This document shows positions 1-11,147 of a DNA stretch of 64,000 nt, in pieces. Location of the stretch: NCBI GenBank assembly GCA_973895155.1, contig OZ316892.1, positions 12,588,238 through 12,652,237 on the forward strand. Reading direction: 5' to 3'. Made by a program: the position numbers and the translations under genes. The notes under the pieces were generated by a model. It saw nothing but the letters and a program-made list of their open reading frames with translations. It was not told where the DNA came from and made no database searches. This DNA comes from Marsupella aquatica. Lineage: Eukaryota > Plantae > Marchantiophyta. Numbering within the stretch: the first letter of the stretch is position 1; every line of letters starts with the position of its first letter.

Positions 1-152
1 GAGTGAGTGGGTCGGAAGGAAACCAAAGACGACTGCGTTCGCTCGTTTCGCTCCTTTCGCAGTAGTACTACTGTAGTCCAGTCCAGTCCACTCCAGTCCA
101 GAGAGTGAGTGAAGGAGTGAGTCGGAAGGAAAGCAAAGAAACGCTCGTCTCG
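1..152. repeat. Short imperfect direct repeat plus (AGTCC)n microsatellite upstream of PITP
   Basis: gagtgagt..gtcggaaggaaa.caaaga..cgctcgt.tcg occurs at 1-50 and again at ~116-152; agtcc units at ~75-100. Confidence 0.6.
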
Positions 153-922
153 AATTTAACATGCGTTGAGAGATGAAACAACGAACTCGCACTCACTGAA
201 CGAGAGCGATGCGGCGCGAATATTCTGGGCGCATTGAGGCAGGCGGTGGTCGTCGCGCCTCATGAGGTGAAGGAGGCCACCCCGATCGGCAATTATTATC
301 GTCGTAGCTGGCATCGGAAGGCGGAGGTTGGAGTCGTGAAAGAATTGCTTTGGGTCTAAAAATTCTAGAAGCAGATCGGTGAGCAGCTCGTCGAGGTGGA
401 ACGATCGGGTTTGAACATACTCGATCGATGTACAGGCGAGGTCTTGTTCGCATGTTTTGTGGTGGAATAGAGAGAGAGAAAGAGCGATCGGAAATCGAGG
501 AATTGCATGTTGCGACTTGTGCTAATTGAACGCTGCCGATAAAAGGGGACGCTGTGGTCGGTTGTACTGAAGAGAAGTGTAGGAGCTTGGACGACTGAAA
601 CTTGTGAAGGCTGGAGATAGCTGGCATTGCAATCAAGAGGACGACTATTGGTCACAGTGGCAATGCTCGTGAGGGCGAGCTTAACCAGCGGTTGGGAACG
701 GGACTCCGATGGTTCTTCGGGGTGCTCTGGAGAGACTGGAGGATCTTTTCGGCTTCGAACATGTCCGTATGCTAGAGCCACAAATAATGGATGATGATAC
801 TCACATATCTTGCTTTAGACGAAATGTGGGAATGATGGAGGATTGGGAAAACTGTTACAAGTACTCGTGGATAGAAGGTTGAATTAGGATTGGAAAGGCG
901 TCCGTCACCTGCTGCCAAGACC

Positions 923-2410
923 ATGGTCTTGACTCATGAATATCGAGTCCCGCTCCCTTTCAATGTTGAGGAATATGAGATTGCGCAACTGTATATGGTG
1001 GCAAAATATAGTGCTAGTGAGTCATCTGGTGACAATGGAGACGGCGTCGAAATTTTGAAGAACGAACCATTTGAAGACAGCACCCGGAGAGGGCAATACA
1101 CGCACAAGGTGTATCATCTAGCAAGCAAACTTCCAGGATGGTTGGTCAGTCTTTTGCCGAAGAAAGCACTCATTCTCGAAGAAGAGGCTTGGAATGCGTA
1201 CCCGCATTGCACCACAATTTTGAAATGCCCTTTCCTGAACAAGTTCAAGCTCATTCTCAACTCCACGCACCTTGCCGACAGAGGCACCACCGAGAACGCT
1301 CTCCAATTGGATCCCAAAACTCTCAAAAAGCGGCAGGTTGAGTACATCGACATTGCCATGGACCAGCCGGAGAAGTATGTCAAGGAGGAGGATCCTACGC
1401 TGTTCCGTTCAAAGAAAACTGGGAGAGGACCCCTCCTCCAAAGCTGGCAGGATGATTGTGAGCCGGTAATGTGTGCATACAAGCTTGTCACGGTGGACGT
1501 GCCTTACTGGGGATTCGGTTCCAGGATTGAGAAATTCATTGCAAAAAGTGCACAGCGCAAGATCTTACTTGAGGGCCATCGCAAATGCTTCTGCTGGGTC
1601 GACGAATGGTTCGGAAAAACCATGGCCGATATTCGTAAGATGGAGCATGAAACGGCTGAGGCTATCAAACGAGCCCGAACGATGGCTCTAACCCGTGCCA
1701 ATGGGTTTGACGATCACGACGGTCTGGCCGCGGGTAAGCATGATGCCGTAGGGGCTCCTCTTGGCATTCCTGATCCGATTCTCGTCGAGTCATCATCAGC
1801 GATTCATCGCGAGCCAAGCCATACCGGGACACCTCGTTTAAAGGTATCTCCACTCAAATGTAGTACGGGACATAGGCCGAGCCTCAGTCTCGCGGGACCA
1901 CCGTCATTCTCTGGCGGTACAACAACAGCGTTGTCGTCGGAACCCGATCAAGTGAGCAACTTCAGTCTCGGCGGACCCGCAGCACCTCCCCAGGCGACGC
2001 TTGTAGATTGGAAATCCTCGGAACGGGCAAAGCAAGCCTTGACTGTTGAGAACCTGACAACCTTGCGTCGAACAGGCTCTTGTGAATATTTCAGTGCCTC
2101 TCATTTGCGCAGCGAAGAATGGGATGTTCCTTACTATAATTCCGAAGACGAGTCCAGTGCCGAAGTTTCGAGATGCGTTGATGTCATAGACAGAGTTATA
2201 GCGTTTACGAAGTTATTGAGGTTGCGAAAGAGTGCTAAGAATGGAACATTTGGTACTGGAATTGTTGCACCTGTAGATTCGAGTGGGGAGATGCGGCAGC
2301 AGGAATGTAATGAGTTGAAGTCATCCGAAGATGTCGAAGACTACCTTGGCGTGCTGAATTCTGCTCTTCTTGCAGTAAAGCTGAAGCCGTCCAAGAGCAA
2401 ACTTCTTTGA
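923..2410 (+). CDS. Phosphatidylinositol transfer protein (PITP/IP_trans, START-like fold) with ~250 aa C-terminal extension; intronless, 495 aa
   Basis: Single ORF from ATG 923 (ACCATGG context) to TGA 2410. PITP motifs: EYRVPLPFNVEEYEIAQLYMVAK, GVEILKNEPF, GQYTHKVYHL, EEAWNAYP, FRSKKTGRGPL, MCAYKLV, HRKCFCWVDEW. Confidence 0.93.
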   Translation: MVLTHEYRVPLPFNVEEYEIAQLYMVAKYSASESSGDNGDGVEILKNEPFEDSTRRGQYTHKVYHLASKLPGWLVSLLPKKALILEEEAWNAYPHCTTILKCPFLNKFKLILNSTHLADRGTTENALQLDPKTLKKRQVEYIDIAMDQPEKYVKEEDPTLFRSKKTGRGPLLQSWQDDCEPVMCAYKLVTVDVPYWGFGSRIEKFIAKSAQRKILLEGHRKCFCWVDEWFGKTMADIRKMEHETAEAIKRARTMALTRANGFDDHDGLAAGKHDAVGAPLGIPDPILVESSSAIHREPSHTGTPRLKVSPLKCSTGHRPSLSLAGPPSFSGGTTTALSSEPDQVSNFSLGGPAAPPQATLVDWKSSERAKQALTVENLTTLRRTGSCEYFSASHLRSEEWDVPYYNSEDESSAEVSRCVDVIDRVIAFTKLLRLRKSAKNGTFGTGIVAPVDSSGEMRQQECNELKSSEDVEDYLGVLNSALLAVKLKPSKSKLL

Positions 2411-3439
2411 CTGACTCGGCGAGCGAGCGAGTCAGTCACTACAAGTTTCTGCCTTAGGGAACGTGGACACCTAATCGAATGCGCCCAAGGTTCTATCTCT
2501 CTGATTCTCATCAATGAAAGAACGTTCACTTTGCCTACGACCACGGGCATCTCCGTAGTCATTTCCCATTGAAAGTAGCCAGAGGTGTTTTTAGATTTGC
2601 TCTGCATGTTGTGTGCTGCAATAGCAACTCCAGTCGAAACGATCCCAATAACTATAGTAGTAGTTACAGTAGCGAGTTTCGGCTTAGGATATTGCAGATC
2701 GAAACTAAGTATGCCTCTTTGTAGCAGTGATCCCCAACTAAACCAGAATGACTGATCAAAAGGTCAGGGGAACTAGAGACGACGCATGGCAGACATGAGG
2801 TCGAATGTATATGAAACCTGCAAGTTCCACAATTCTTGATCTTGTTTCCAAAATAAAACTTACTCATTGCCTTTGGTCACGAGGCTTTTACACTGTTTTA
2901 CGGGTTTTTCTCTCTCCTACAAGTAAAGAGCGGCAGTGTTTAGTGAGCTTGAAGCACAGTTTTAGAGAGCTTGAAGCACGGGGGTCGACAAACGACGAAT
3001 GCAGGAGACACTACCAGGGGAGACGGGAGATAAGGCACAGCAAATATACAAGGAAAGTACACTCTCTGCTTCAAGGGACCGTGGACGATCGTGTCATTCC
3101 CACTGTAGAGCGACACGTCCTGGAAGTCTACATATTACGATGGGGTCTTTCCTTCAAATTAGTAAGGGGTTATGGACATTGCTCAATCTGGTACCTCTAC
3201 ATTTTTTGTTCGACGCCATGCGACTCGACATCACGTTTCTGGCATGCTTTTCATCGTAGGTGTGGGATTCTTAATCCTAGTGCAGTCCAACGGACTTTTC
3301 TCTTGAATCGTGTGTTCGTTACTGTCCGCCACTGGAAAATTCGACGTTCTACGATGCTTCAGCACTTTCAGCTGTGACCATTCAATTCATTCAGCCCCAC
3401 GCTTACTTCTCGCAGGACTCTGTTGTCTCCGCTTGCTCT

Positions 3440-3880
3440 TTGTCTTTGCGTTTGCTCGTGACTTTCGACGAGAAAACAAGAAGTGTGGTAGAACACGATG
3501 AACATGCAGAGAGCCGTTCGGTGGAGGAAGAACATTTTCATGGAGCACTTTGTCTTGCGTTTGTTCGTGACTTTCGGCGAGAAAACAAGAAGTGTGGTAG
3601 AACACGATGAACGTGCAGAGAGCCGTTCGGTGGAGGAAGAACATTTTCATGGAGCACTTTGTCTTCCGCGTTTGTTCGTGACTTTCGGCGAGAAAACAAG
3701 AAGTGTTGTAGAACACGATGAACGTTCAGAGAGCCGTTCGGTGGAGGAAGAACATTTTCATGGAGCTCTTTGTCTCGCGTTTGTTCGTGACTTTCGGCGA
3801 GACAACGAGAAGTGCTGTAGACCACGATGAACGTTCAGAGTTTGTGCCGTTCGGGGGAGACGAGCATTTTCATGGAGCAG
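3440..3880. repeat. Tandem repeat, ~110 bp unit x4
   Basis: Unit gtttgttcgtgactttcggcgagaaaacaagaagtgtggtagaacacgatgaacgtgcagagagccgttcggtggaggaagaacattttcatggagc starts at ~3450, 3559, 3670 and 3779. Confidence 0.95.
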
Positions 3881-4053
3881 GAAGTTTGTCGCGGGAAAGT
3901 TATGGTGGACGCGACGAACGTACCTGGAAGCCTGTGTCTCACGGGACACCCCCTCCCCTCCCAATCTGCGATACGGCCTGGCTGGAGGAGTGCCAGACAG
4001 GTGCAGTCCTATTTGGAGCTCTGGCTAGGTTTCCCCTTGTGTATGAAAGGAAC

Positions 4054-5259
4054 CCTTTATTCCCAAATTTTCTGTTACACACGGGGAACCCTTTATTGCT
4101 ACCAAAACAGCAGCAGGTCGTAGCAAATATTGAGACCCCCTATTATTACATTCCGAACGTTAAGGGTCGTTAGATGATTTTTAATTGCTCTTCCCTTATC
4201 AGAGCTTGCCATGTAGTCAACTTTACATCTCATTATTTTAAACCATATTTTTCAATGTATTTGTACACCAAACACGCGGCCGTTCGATCTGACAGGAGGT
4301 CACGCCGCGGGTCATGCTGATCCCTAATTCGAGTATGGACAATAAGATTCAACTCGCGCATCAGATCGACGGCTCACGACTCTTAACGCATATTTAGGGT
4401 CTCATGGTACTCCATTAAGGAGTACCTTGAGACCATAAACATATACATTGCGGGAGTCTCAAAGCTAACAATTTCATCTACTTAACATATATTTGAGACC
4501 CCCTATTATTACGTTCCTAACATTGCCCTACTAGGGAGTCTCAAAGCTAACAATTTGGTGGAGGACTTAACACCAGTGACTAACTCCCTATTTATGAGTT
4601 ATGGACACTTTCGCAGCAAATATTGAGACCCCTATTATTATATTCCAAAAATTGCTCTATTAGGGAGTCTAAAAGCTAACAATTTGATGGACCTTAACTC
4701 CCTATTTATGGGTTATGGACTGTAGCAAATATTGAGGCCCCCTATTATTACATTCCAAAAATTGCCCTATTCTGGAGTCTCAAAGCTAACAATTTGATGG
4801 ACCTTAACATGTGGTTTGATGCACCTTAACACGTGTAACTAACTCCCTACTTATGGGTTATGGGTACAAAAGGTTATTGGAGTATGAATTTCCTATCTAT
4901 GGGTTATGGACACAAAAAGTCAGGGAGTATGAATTTCATAGTCCATGAAGTCTAGTCATAAGTATGGGTCTTATGCCATTTCCATCAGTCATTGTATAGG
5001 CTGGGGACCAGAAAAAACAAAAACAATTGTACACAACCTTGTGAAAAAGTTATGACCATTCATTTACAGCCAAATGACCTCATCCATAATTTCAATTGAG
5101 ACTCCCCATTACAGTCCTAGAATTGAGATCCCCTATTACATTTTGCAAGTGAAAGGTTCTCTCCATGTGTAACAGTAAATTTGGAAATGAACATGACCTA
5201 GGTCTAACCAACTTAAATTTGAGGTTCCCCGTGTGTAACAGTAAATTTGGGAATAAAGG
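4054..5259. mobile_element. Non-autonomous inverted-repeat element (MITE/foldback-like) with internal hairpin repeats
   Basis: 4054-4090 and 5223-5259 form a 37-bp inverted repeat with 1 mismatch. Internal repeats ttgagaccccctattattacattcc...gggagtctcaaagctaacaattt. No ORF, no clear TSD. Confidence 0.65.
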
Positions 5260-5859
5260 TGAACAGTTTGTAACCATTTTTGGAAGTCATTCTATTTCCA
5301 TAATCTCCTCTAGAACCTTGTTCCCAGAAAATTCACAAAAGAGTACTGACTACCACGAGTCTGTCTTCGCTTTCTCGTCACAGAATTATACTCTAGTAAC
5401 CCTGTGCCCTGACCGTCATTATCCTACTCGTCTTAAAACAAGGGTCTCAAACTCGTGACACTTAAATTTATGTACAATATACAGGGTCACCACTGTGTAA
5501 CCAGTTCCATTGGTGCCTGTTATTCCCATAATCTCTTGCCCAGAAACTCATGAGCTGTAACTGTATCAACCCCTCACATGAGGGCAGTATGGGCAAATAA
5601 TACCCAGCCAAAACTCAAGCTAAAGCACTATTTCAGGCTTAACCGCCCATAATACCATGTTCCCAGGACGTTATAGTATAAGTTACCATATACGAAGGAA
5701 AATCTCCTTTTCTGGATGAATATGATTTGGAAGAGAACTACCATATGTGGCAACACGTGGTGGACACCCTTAACATAGGGCGTTACGTTCGTTCGTTCAG
5801 TACTTCGCGGAGAAAATTTACGGTCCAAACTCCTCATCTTCATTCGCACTGTAAGTTAC

Positions 5860-6155
5860 TCTCAATTTACAGCCGGTTGACAGTACTGCTCGCGAGTACT
5901 GTAATTTTACACTCAGCTTACAATAGTGTGCGTGCTATTCCGTCGCGAGCACTGTAACTTACGGTCTACTTTACAGTAATGCGCGTTCAATTCCTTCGCG
6001 AGCACTGTCATTTACAGTTGGTTTACAGTATTGTGCGTTCTGTTCCTTAGCGAGTACTGTAATTTACAGTAGTGCGCGTTCTGTTCCTTCGCGAGCCCTG
6101 TAATTTACAGTCTGTTTACAGTAGTGCGGGTTCTATTCGTGCGCGAATACTGTAC
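5860..6155. repeat. Tandem array of ~45-55 bp quasi-palindromic units (~6 copies)
   Basis: Repeated tttacagtagtgcgcgttctgttccttcgcgagcactgtaa; the arms tacagt...cgcg and cgcg...actgta are self-complementary. Confidence 0.85.
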
Positions 6156-6209
6156 TGAGGAGTGTAACACAGGTGGCAACACTACTACTAGGGAACGGAC
6201 GCAGAAAAC

Positions 6210-6395
6210 GAGAAAAGAGGAGAGGAGAGAAGAGAAGAGAGGAGAAGAGAAGAAGAGAAGAGAAGGGAAGAAACAAAGAAAGGGAGAAACGCACGAGAAG
6301 AAGAGAAGCGAAGCGAAGAAGAGCAGAGAAGGAAAGGAGACGAGGGTGACTGACAGAAAGAGCAGAGAAGGAGAGGAGGAGATGAAGAAGAAGAC
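6210..6395 (+). repeat. Purine-rich (GA/GAA) low-complexity tract upstream of CCDC25
   Basis: Almost continuous G/A run (gagaagagaaga...). Confidence 0.85.
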
Positions 6396-6564
6396 CAACA
6401 GTGCGGACGGGAAGTCTGGCCAGTCAAGTGCTTGTTGTTGAGAAAAAGCTCACCAGGGCTGGCGCTGGCTGGCTCGCTCGCTGGCGGGCTCGCTGGCTCG
6501 AGAGAAAGAGCAGTAGAGGTGGAGGCCTGAGATCAGGCTGAGACCGCCCCGGAGACCGGCAATC

Positions 6565-9021
6565 ATGGTGTACTATTTCAAAGCCAGGACCGAGGCCGGG
6601 GACTACACCATCTACATGGGGCTGGACAAGCACGAGAACGAGGATCTCATCAAGTATGGCCTTCCTGAAGACATATGGTAGGTACCCTTTCCATTCTGCA
6701 TTCTTCCATTCTTTCTTTGTGCGATTGCCTTGCCGTTCGCACCTATGGGTTCGTCGTTCCGGTGTAATTTTGTGTATGAGGAAACGCCAAAACCCCATCT
6801 GGTTTTGCTGGGGTGGCTTGCTGCGCTGCGCGTAAATAGACGGATGATGTGCGTTGTAAGAGGGATTTCTGCATCGTTGCATTATGAAAGAATTGTTCAC
6901 GTCAATGAATCAGGACTTGACCCTGTCACTGACTAGATCCGTCTGATCGCTCTCTAATTCACGAAAGCTTTGCTCATTCACGAAAAAACTTTGGATGTGG
7001 CGAATATATTCCACTATTCTGTTTAGGTGGCCTGTTGTGTCACTGTAGCGCGATTCCACGTGATAACGATGCAGGCAGCGGCTCTAAATGTATAGGTCCT
7101 TTTCTCTACAATGAATTGTCACGAATTATGTGGAGAACGCTGATTGTTGGCAGTAACTATATTCTACCCTTTCCGTGATCCTATGAAATCACTGTCTCTG
7201 GGAGCTTCCGAAAATTGCATAAAACGTCAGAGTCGGATGTTCTTTGTTCCCACCCCGTTTTGATTCACGGGCTGCGAAGCAAAAGAAACCTATGACTATC
7301 TCATGATTTATAGGGCATGTATATATAATTCTTCGAGTCCGTCCCTATCATCCCCAGACCCGTTTATTGGCTGGACTTTACTGGGCTTCTGACTTATGGG
7401 TCCATAGAGACTGATAACATGCCATCATGACCTTTGTTCATTTTCTTACAGAGCCGTGGTGCGGTCTATAACCGAGGTGTCTATCCTGGCACATGCTCTT
7501 CTAGAAGATGTTCTGCACGCTCTCTATATCTGAGTGATTGTTCAGAACACGTAAGAGTCATTACTACAGTGTGTACTGAACATCCTATTGATACAGGTTC
7601 CACGTTGATAAGCTGTCGTCAGCTCATGTCTACCTCAGAATGCAGAAAGGCCAGACAATGGATGGTATCACGACTGATCTTCTCGAAGACTGCGCCCAGT
7701 TGGTGAAAGCCAACTCTATTCAAGGTAGATTTTCATATAATTGATGTCAAAGTGTCACCTGCCTCTGATGAATGTGCCTCCGTGGGAACAGTCAATAGAT
7801 AAGTTTTGGCCAGCTCCGTTTAGTCGGTTAGTTTATAACAGGGAATCTTGACCTTAGAAACTTGATTTCCTGTTGCAACAATTGCTTGCAGACTCGAGAG
7901 GAATACACTTACTCGTGGAAACTTCACAACAATCAGGAAGAGTTGCCACCAGCAACAGTTCTTGGGCACTGTCTTTGGGAGAACCAAACTGGAGTATACC
8001 GCTTAGGAAGGTTTATTAGGATTTCGGGATTTTTGGACGGTTATATGTTTCTAATGTTTATCGACTGGTTTCACCAGGTAACAAATTAAATAATTTGGAC
8101 GTCGTGTACACGCCTTGGTTCAATCTGCGAAAGACGCCAGCCATGGATGTTGGACAAGTCGGATTTCACAACCCTAAGCTTGTAAGACCGTAGACCTCTT
8201 TAAATGTGGGCCTTTATCGTTTTGAGAGATGTCTTTTATCAGTGTCTCTCCAGTTTTCTCTCTCAGTTTTCTCTCACTTCATATCCTTATCTTTCAATGT
8301 GTTTTGTAGGCACAGTCGTATGGTTGGCTTGCTTGTGATTTAACACGTACAATGTGAACAGGTGCGAACAGTAAGGGTAGAGAAGCGCTTGAATGAAATT
8401 GTTAACAGGCTCAATAAAACCAAAGTGGAGAGAACTCCTGATTTGAAAGGTAGCCATGGTGGTTTCAACCTTTATATCCTTCTATCAACTTTATAGAAAC
8501 CAATCAGATCTCCTGAAATATTTTGATTTTTGTATTTTTGTCATTTGTCAGAGAACTGATGCATCTTTGCGTGTGCCGCAATGGTGATGTAGTTGAACGA
8601 GAACAGTACAATGCTGCCGAGAGGGCAGAAAGGAAAGTGCAGACAAGAGACAAGGTATTGATATCGACGCTTTTTTGTTTTTAACTGTCGCGTGTTGCTG
8701 TTTGACAGCACGTTTGATCAGGTTTTTAAGGGAATGACTTGCAATGAAGTATACACTCATGAAAACTGGATAGTTTGTGAACCTTGTTGCACCCTTCTGA
8801 AACACAGTAGTTTGACAGATACATCCCGATTGGCGTGGAATTCTAAGTTGACTTTCCGGTGTTCGCAGAAGAGGCGCGAGGAGCTGGAACGACTAGAAAA
8901 GGAGAGACAAGCAGAGATACGGAGTTATAAAGGGTTAATGGTGTCTGAAAAAATGACCTCCAACAAGGATGTAGCTGGAAAGGGGAAATCATTGCAGGAA
9001 CTTGAAGATGACTTTATGTGA
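6565..9021 (+). CDS. CCDC25: Coiled-coil domain-containing protein 25 (DUF814/NFACT-R, Jlp2-like), 6 exons, 215 aa
   Basis: Exons 6565-6677, 7597-7724, 8078-8181, 8362-8449, 8593-8654, 8869-9021; all GT-AG and in phase. Translation [87 protein letters not shown]. Confidence 0.95.
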
Positions 9022-11147
9022 AGTCTAGTGACCATTGAGTCTATCAAGAATCATAACGCATTTCTTATTGTCTTTGCGCTATCAATCAGAGAAGTCTGTT
9101 CTTACCAAATGAGGATTAATGTTACCAAGAATTATTGTGGGTTTTTTGAAGGTTTAAACCTGTGAAGTATGGACTTGGGGTTGTAAAAGGCGATCGTCCT
9201 TTGCTGCGATGGTGCTTGGCTTAGCGTCAGTAATAGATAAGCTTTTCCAACTTGGATTTCGAAGGTATTAGCAATCAGTCATTTTGTTACTACGGGGCCC
9301 TAAGTTTTGGATCGTGGGTCCTCTCCTGTGTTGCTGTTGTAAGTTTTTGATTGTTTGCATCTCGCACTAAGCTCAACAAAAATGAATTAGAGTCCAGAGC
9401 TGACCTAAGCGTTCTGCATGCAATTTTGCTGTCTAATTCGGGAGATTATGGTGGGGACCTTATTCAACCCATTCAGTAAATAAACAGCACATTGTGACGT
9501 TCACGTGCACTTGAGAAACGAACAGCAAAAACTTGTTCTATCGATCTCAGAGAATTGTGTTCCCTCGCAATGATCCGCAGGAGTTTTGTTTCAGGAAGGG
9601 AAATTTGGGGTCGAGCAAAGACTCTTGCCTCCGTTTATTATATTGCTTATAGTAAGCAGGCAATAAGTTACGACCACGGAAACTAGATTTTGCCAAGATA
9701 ACCATGACTGCTTATTGTCCGTTCCAAATTAGTTCCACATTAGACTAGTCGGAAAGACTTTGTATGGTTCAGAGTTTTGAGAAAGCCCGGATGACAGTAG
9801 ATCCTGCTTATCCGTTCGTTGGGGTGCTTGGCCTAAGCGACGTGTAGGGCGGTATAGCTCAATACCGGTAGTGCACTTTTGTTGATTGATGATAAGAACT
9901 TATCTGCTGAACATCTTAACAGGAAAATTTGGCCTCCCGTGATTTTGGAGTTGTGGCCAGTTACTGTCCTAGGTTTGGATGACTAAGCTGAAGAATATTT
10001 GGAAGCTCATTGTTAAAAAAATTCAGCATAGCACACTGAGTTCATAGAATCAGATCAAGGTTACTTGCTTCAAATAGCATGTCCACAGTTGAATACAATC
10101 TGCAACATCGTATGCCCAACTTTCTTTGGGATAGTAGGACGAAATTTCACCTCGCATTTCAATTTCGATTTTGACAGTGCAAAAAAGTATCGAATTCAAC
10201 GTCACCTTTGGTATTCTAGAAAAGTGTCAGATCCTGACTTCAAATGTGAATATCTGGATATCTTGTATCCCTGTCAATAGTTTTGTTTCAGCCCTCCTGG
10301 AGGCAAGGAAGCTTTTTCGAGACCTCTAACTAGAGTGTTACTCACCCTGAGTTTTGATCAGCCTAAGTTGTCCATAACTGCTTTTCATTTCTAAAAGTTC
10401 ACTGTGGAACAATTCCTATTACCATCAGCTTTGAACAACTTTGAGCTATGCACAATGTGTGCATTCTTCCAGATTAATGCTGTATAAACACTGAGAAGTC
10501 GAGGCGAATGTGACATTATTAAAAACTACTACTGGAAACTTATTAGACAGAGCCTTTCATTCGTGATGGTTATCGATCTTTACTACTACAGCAAACTGCT
10601 GGCTCGGTGAGTTTTCTTATGATAGCTTGAACACACCAAATCATATGGGAAAACTGGGGTAAATCTGGAGATTCAGCTGTAGTAAAGGTCAACAGTATCT
10701 GAACAAAACTTAGTCAAGAAAGTGCAAACGAAGTTCCCACTGCAAAATTCACGTCCGTTCCAATCAATGGTCATGGGTAACACGGGTCACACCCAACTAT
10801 TAAGATTCTGTTTTGCAAGGCAAGACTATTGTTGATGTGGTATTCAGAGGACAGTAAGCAAGCAACCAGGTCGTGAAATGAAATCTGAAGTAAAACCCTC
10901 TGCTTAGGATTTTAGGAATCATCAAGTAACCTCTCGGATCCCATGGTGTTGAATTCGCAAATCACATTCTAGCCCCTCATCTTAAAAATATTGTTCATGT
11001 CTCTGCACTATATGTTACTACTGACAAACACACTGAAGCGACCCCTCTATTTGCATACCAGGAACGAAGATAAACTCTTCAAAATGAGCACTTCTACATG
11101 GGACGAGAAACAGAGAGACAATATGTGTTTCCTCAAGAGGTTGTTCC

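Noticed and set aside
193-781. Two minus-strand ORFs (147 and 138 aa) upstream of PITP
   Set aside because: Non-ATG starts, low-complexity Ser/Pro/Arg content, probably antisense to the PITP 5' leader.
890-922. N-terminal extension of PITP given in the ORF track
   Set aside because: It starts at TTG. The first ATG at 923 has good context and matches the usual PITP N-terminus.
3374-4173. Overlapping ORFs with repeated peptides
   Set aside because: By-products of the 110-bp tandem repeat; frames shift between units and there is no recognisable domain.
5860-6155. CRISPR-like array of palindromic repeats
   Set aside because: No unique spacers, no cas genes, and the context is eukaryotic.
6105-6441. 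Lys/Glu/Arg-rich ORF (+) and Phe/Ser/Leu-rich ORF (-)
   Set aside because: Translations of a GA-rich low-complexity tract.
9846-9880. tRNA-like 5' half (ggcggtatagctcaataccggtagtgcac)
   Set aside because: No anticodon arm, T-arm (GTTC) or matching acceptor strand follows.
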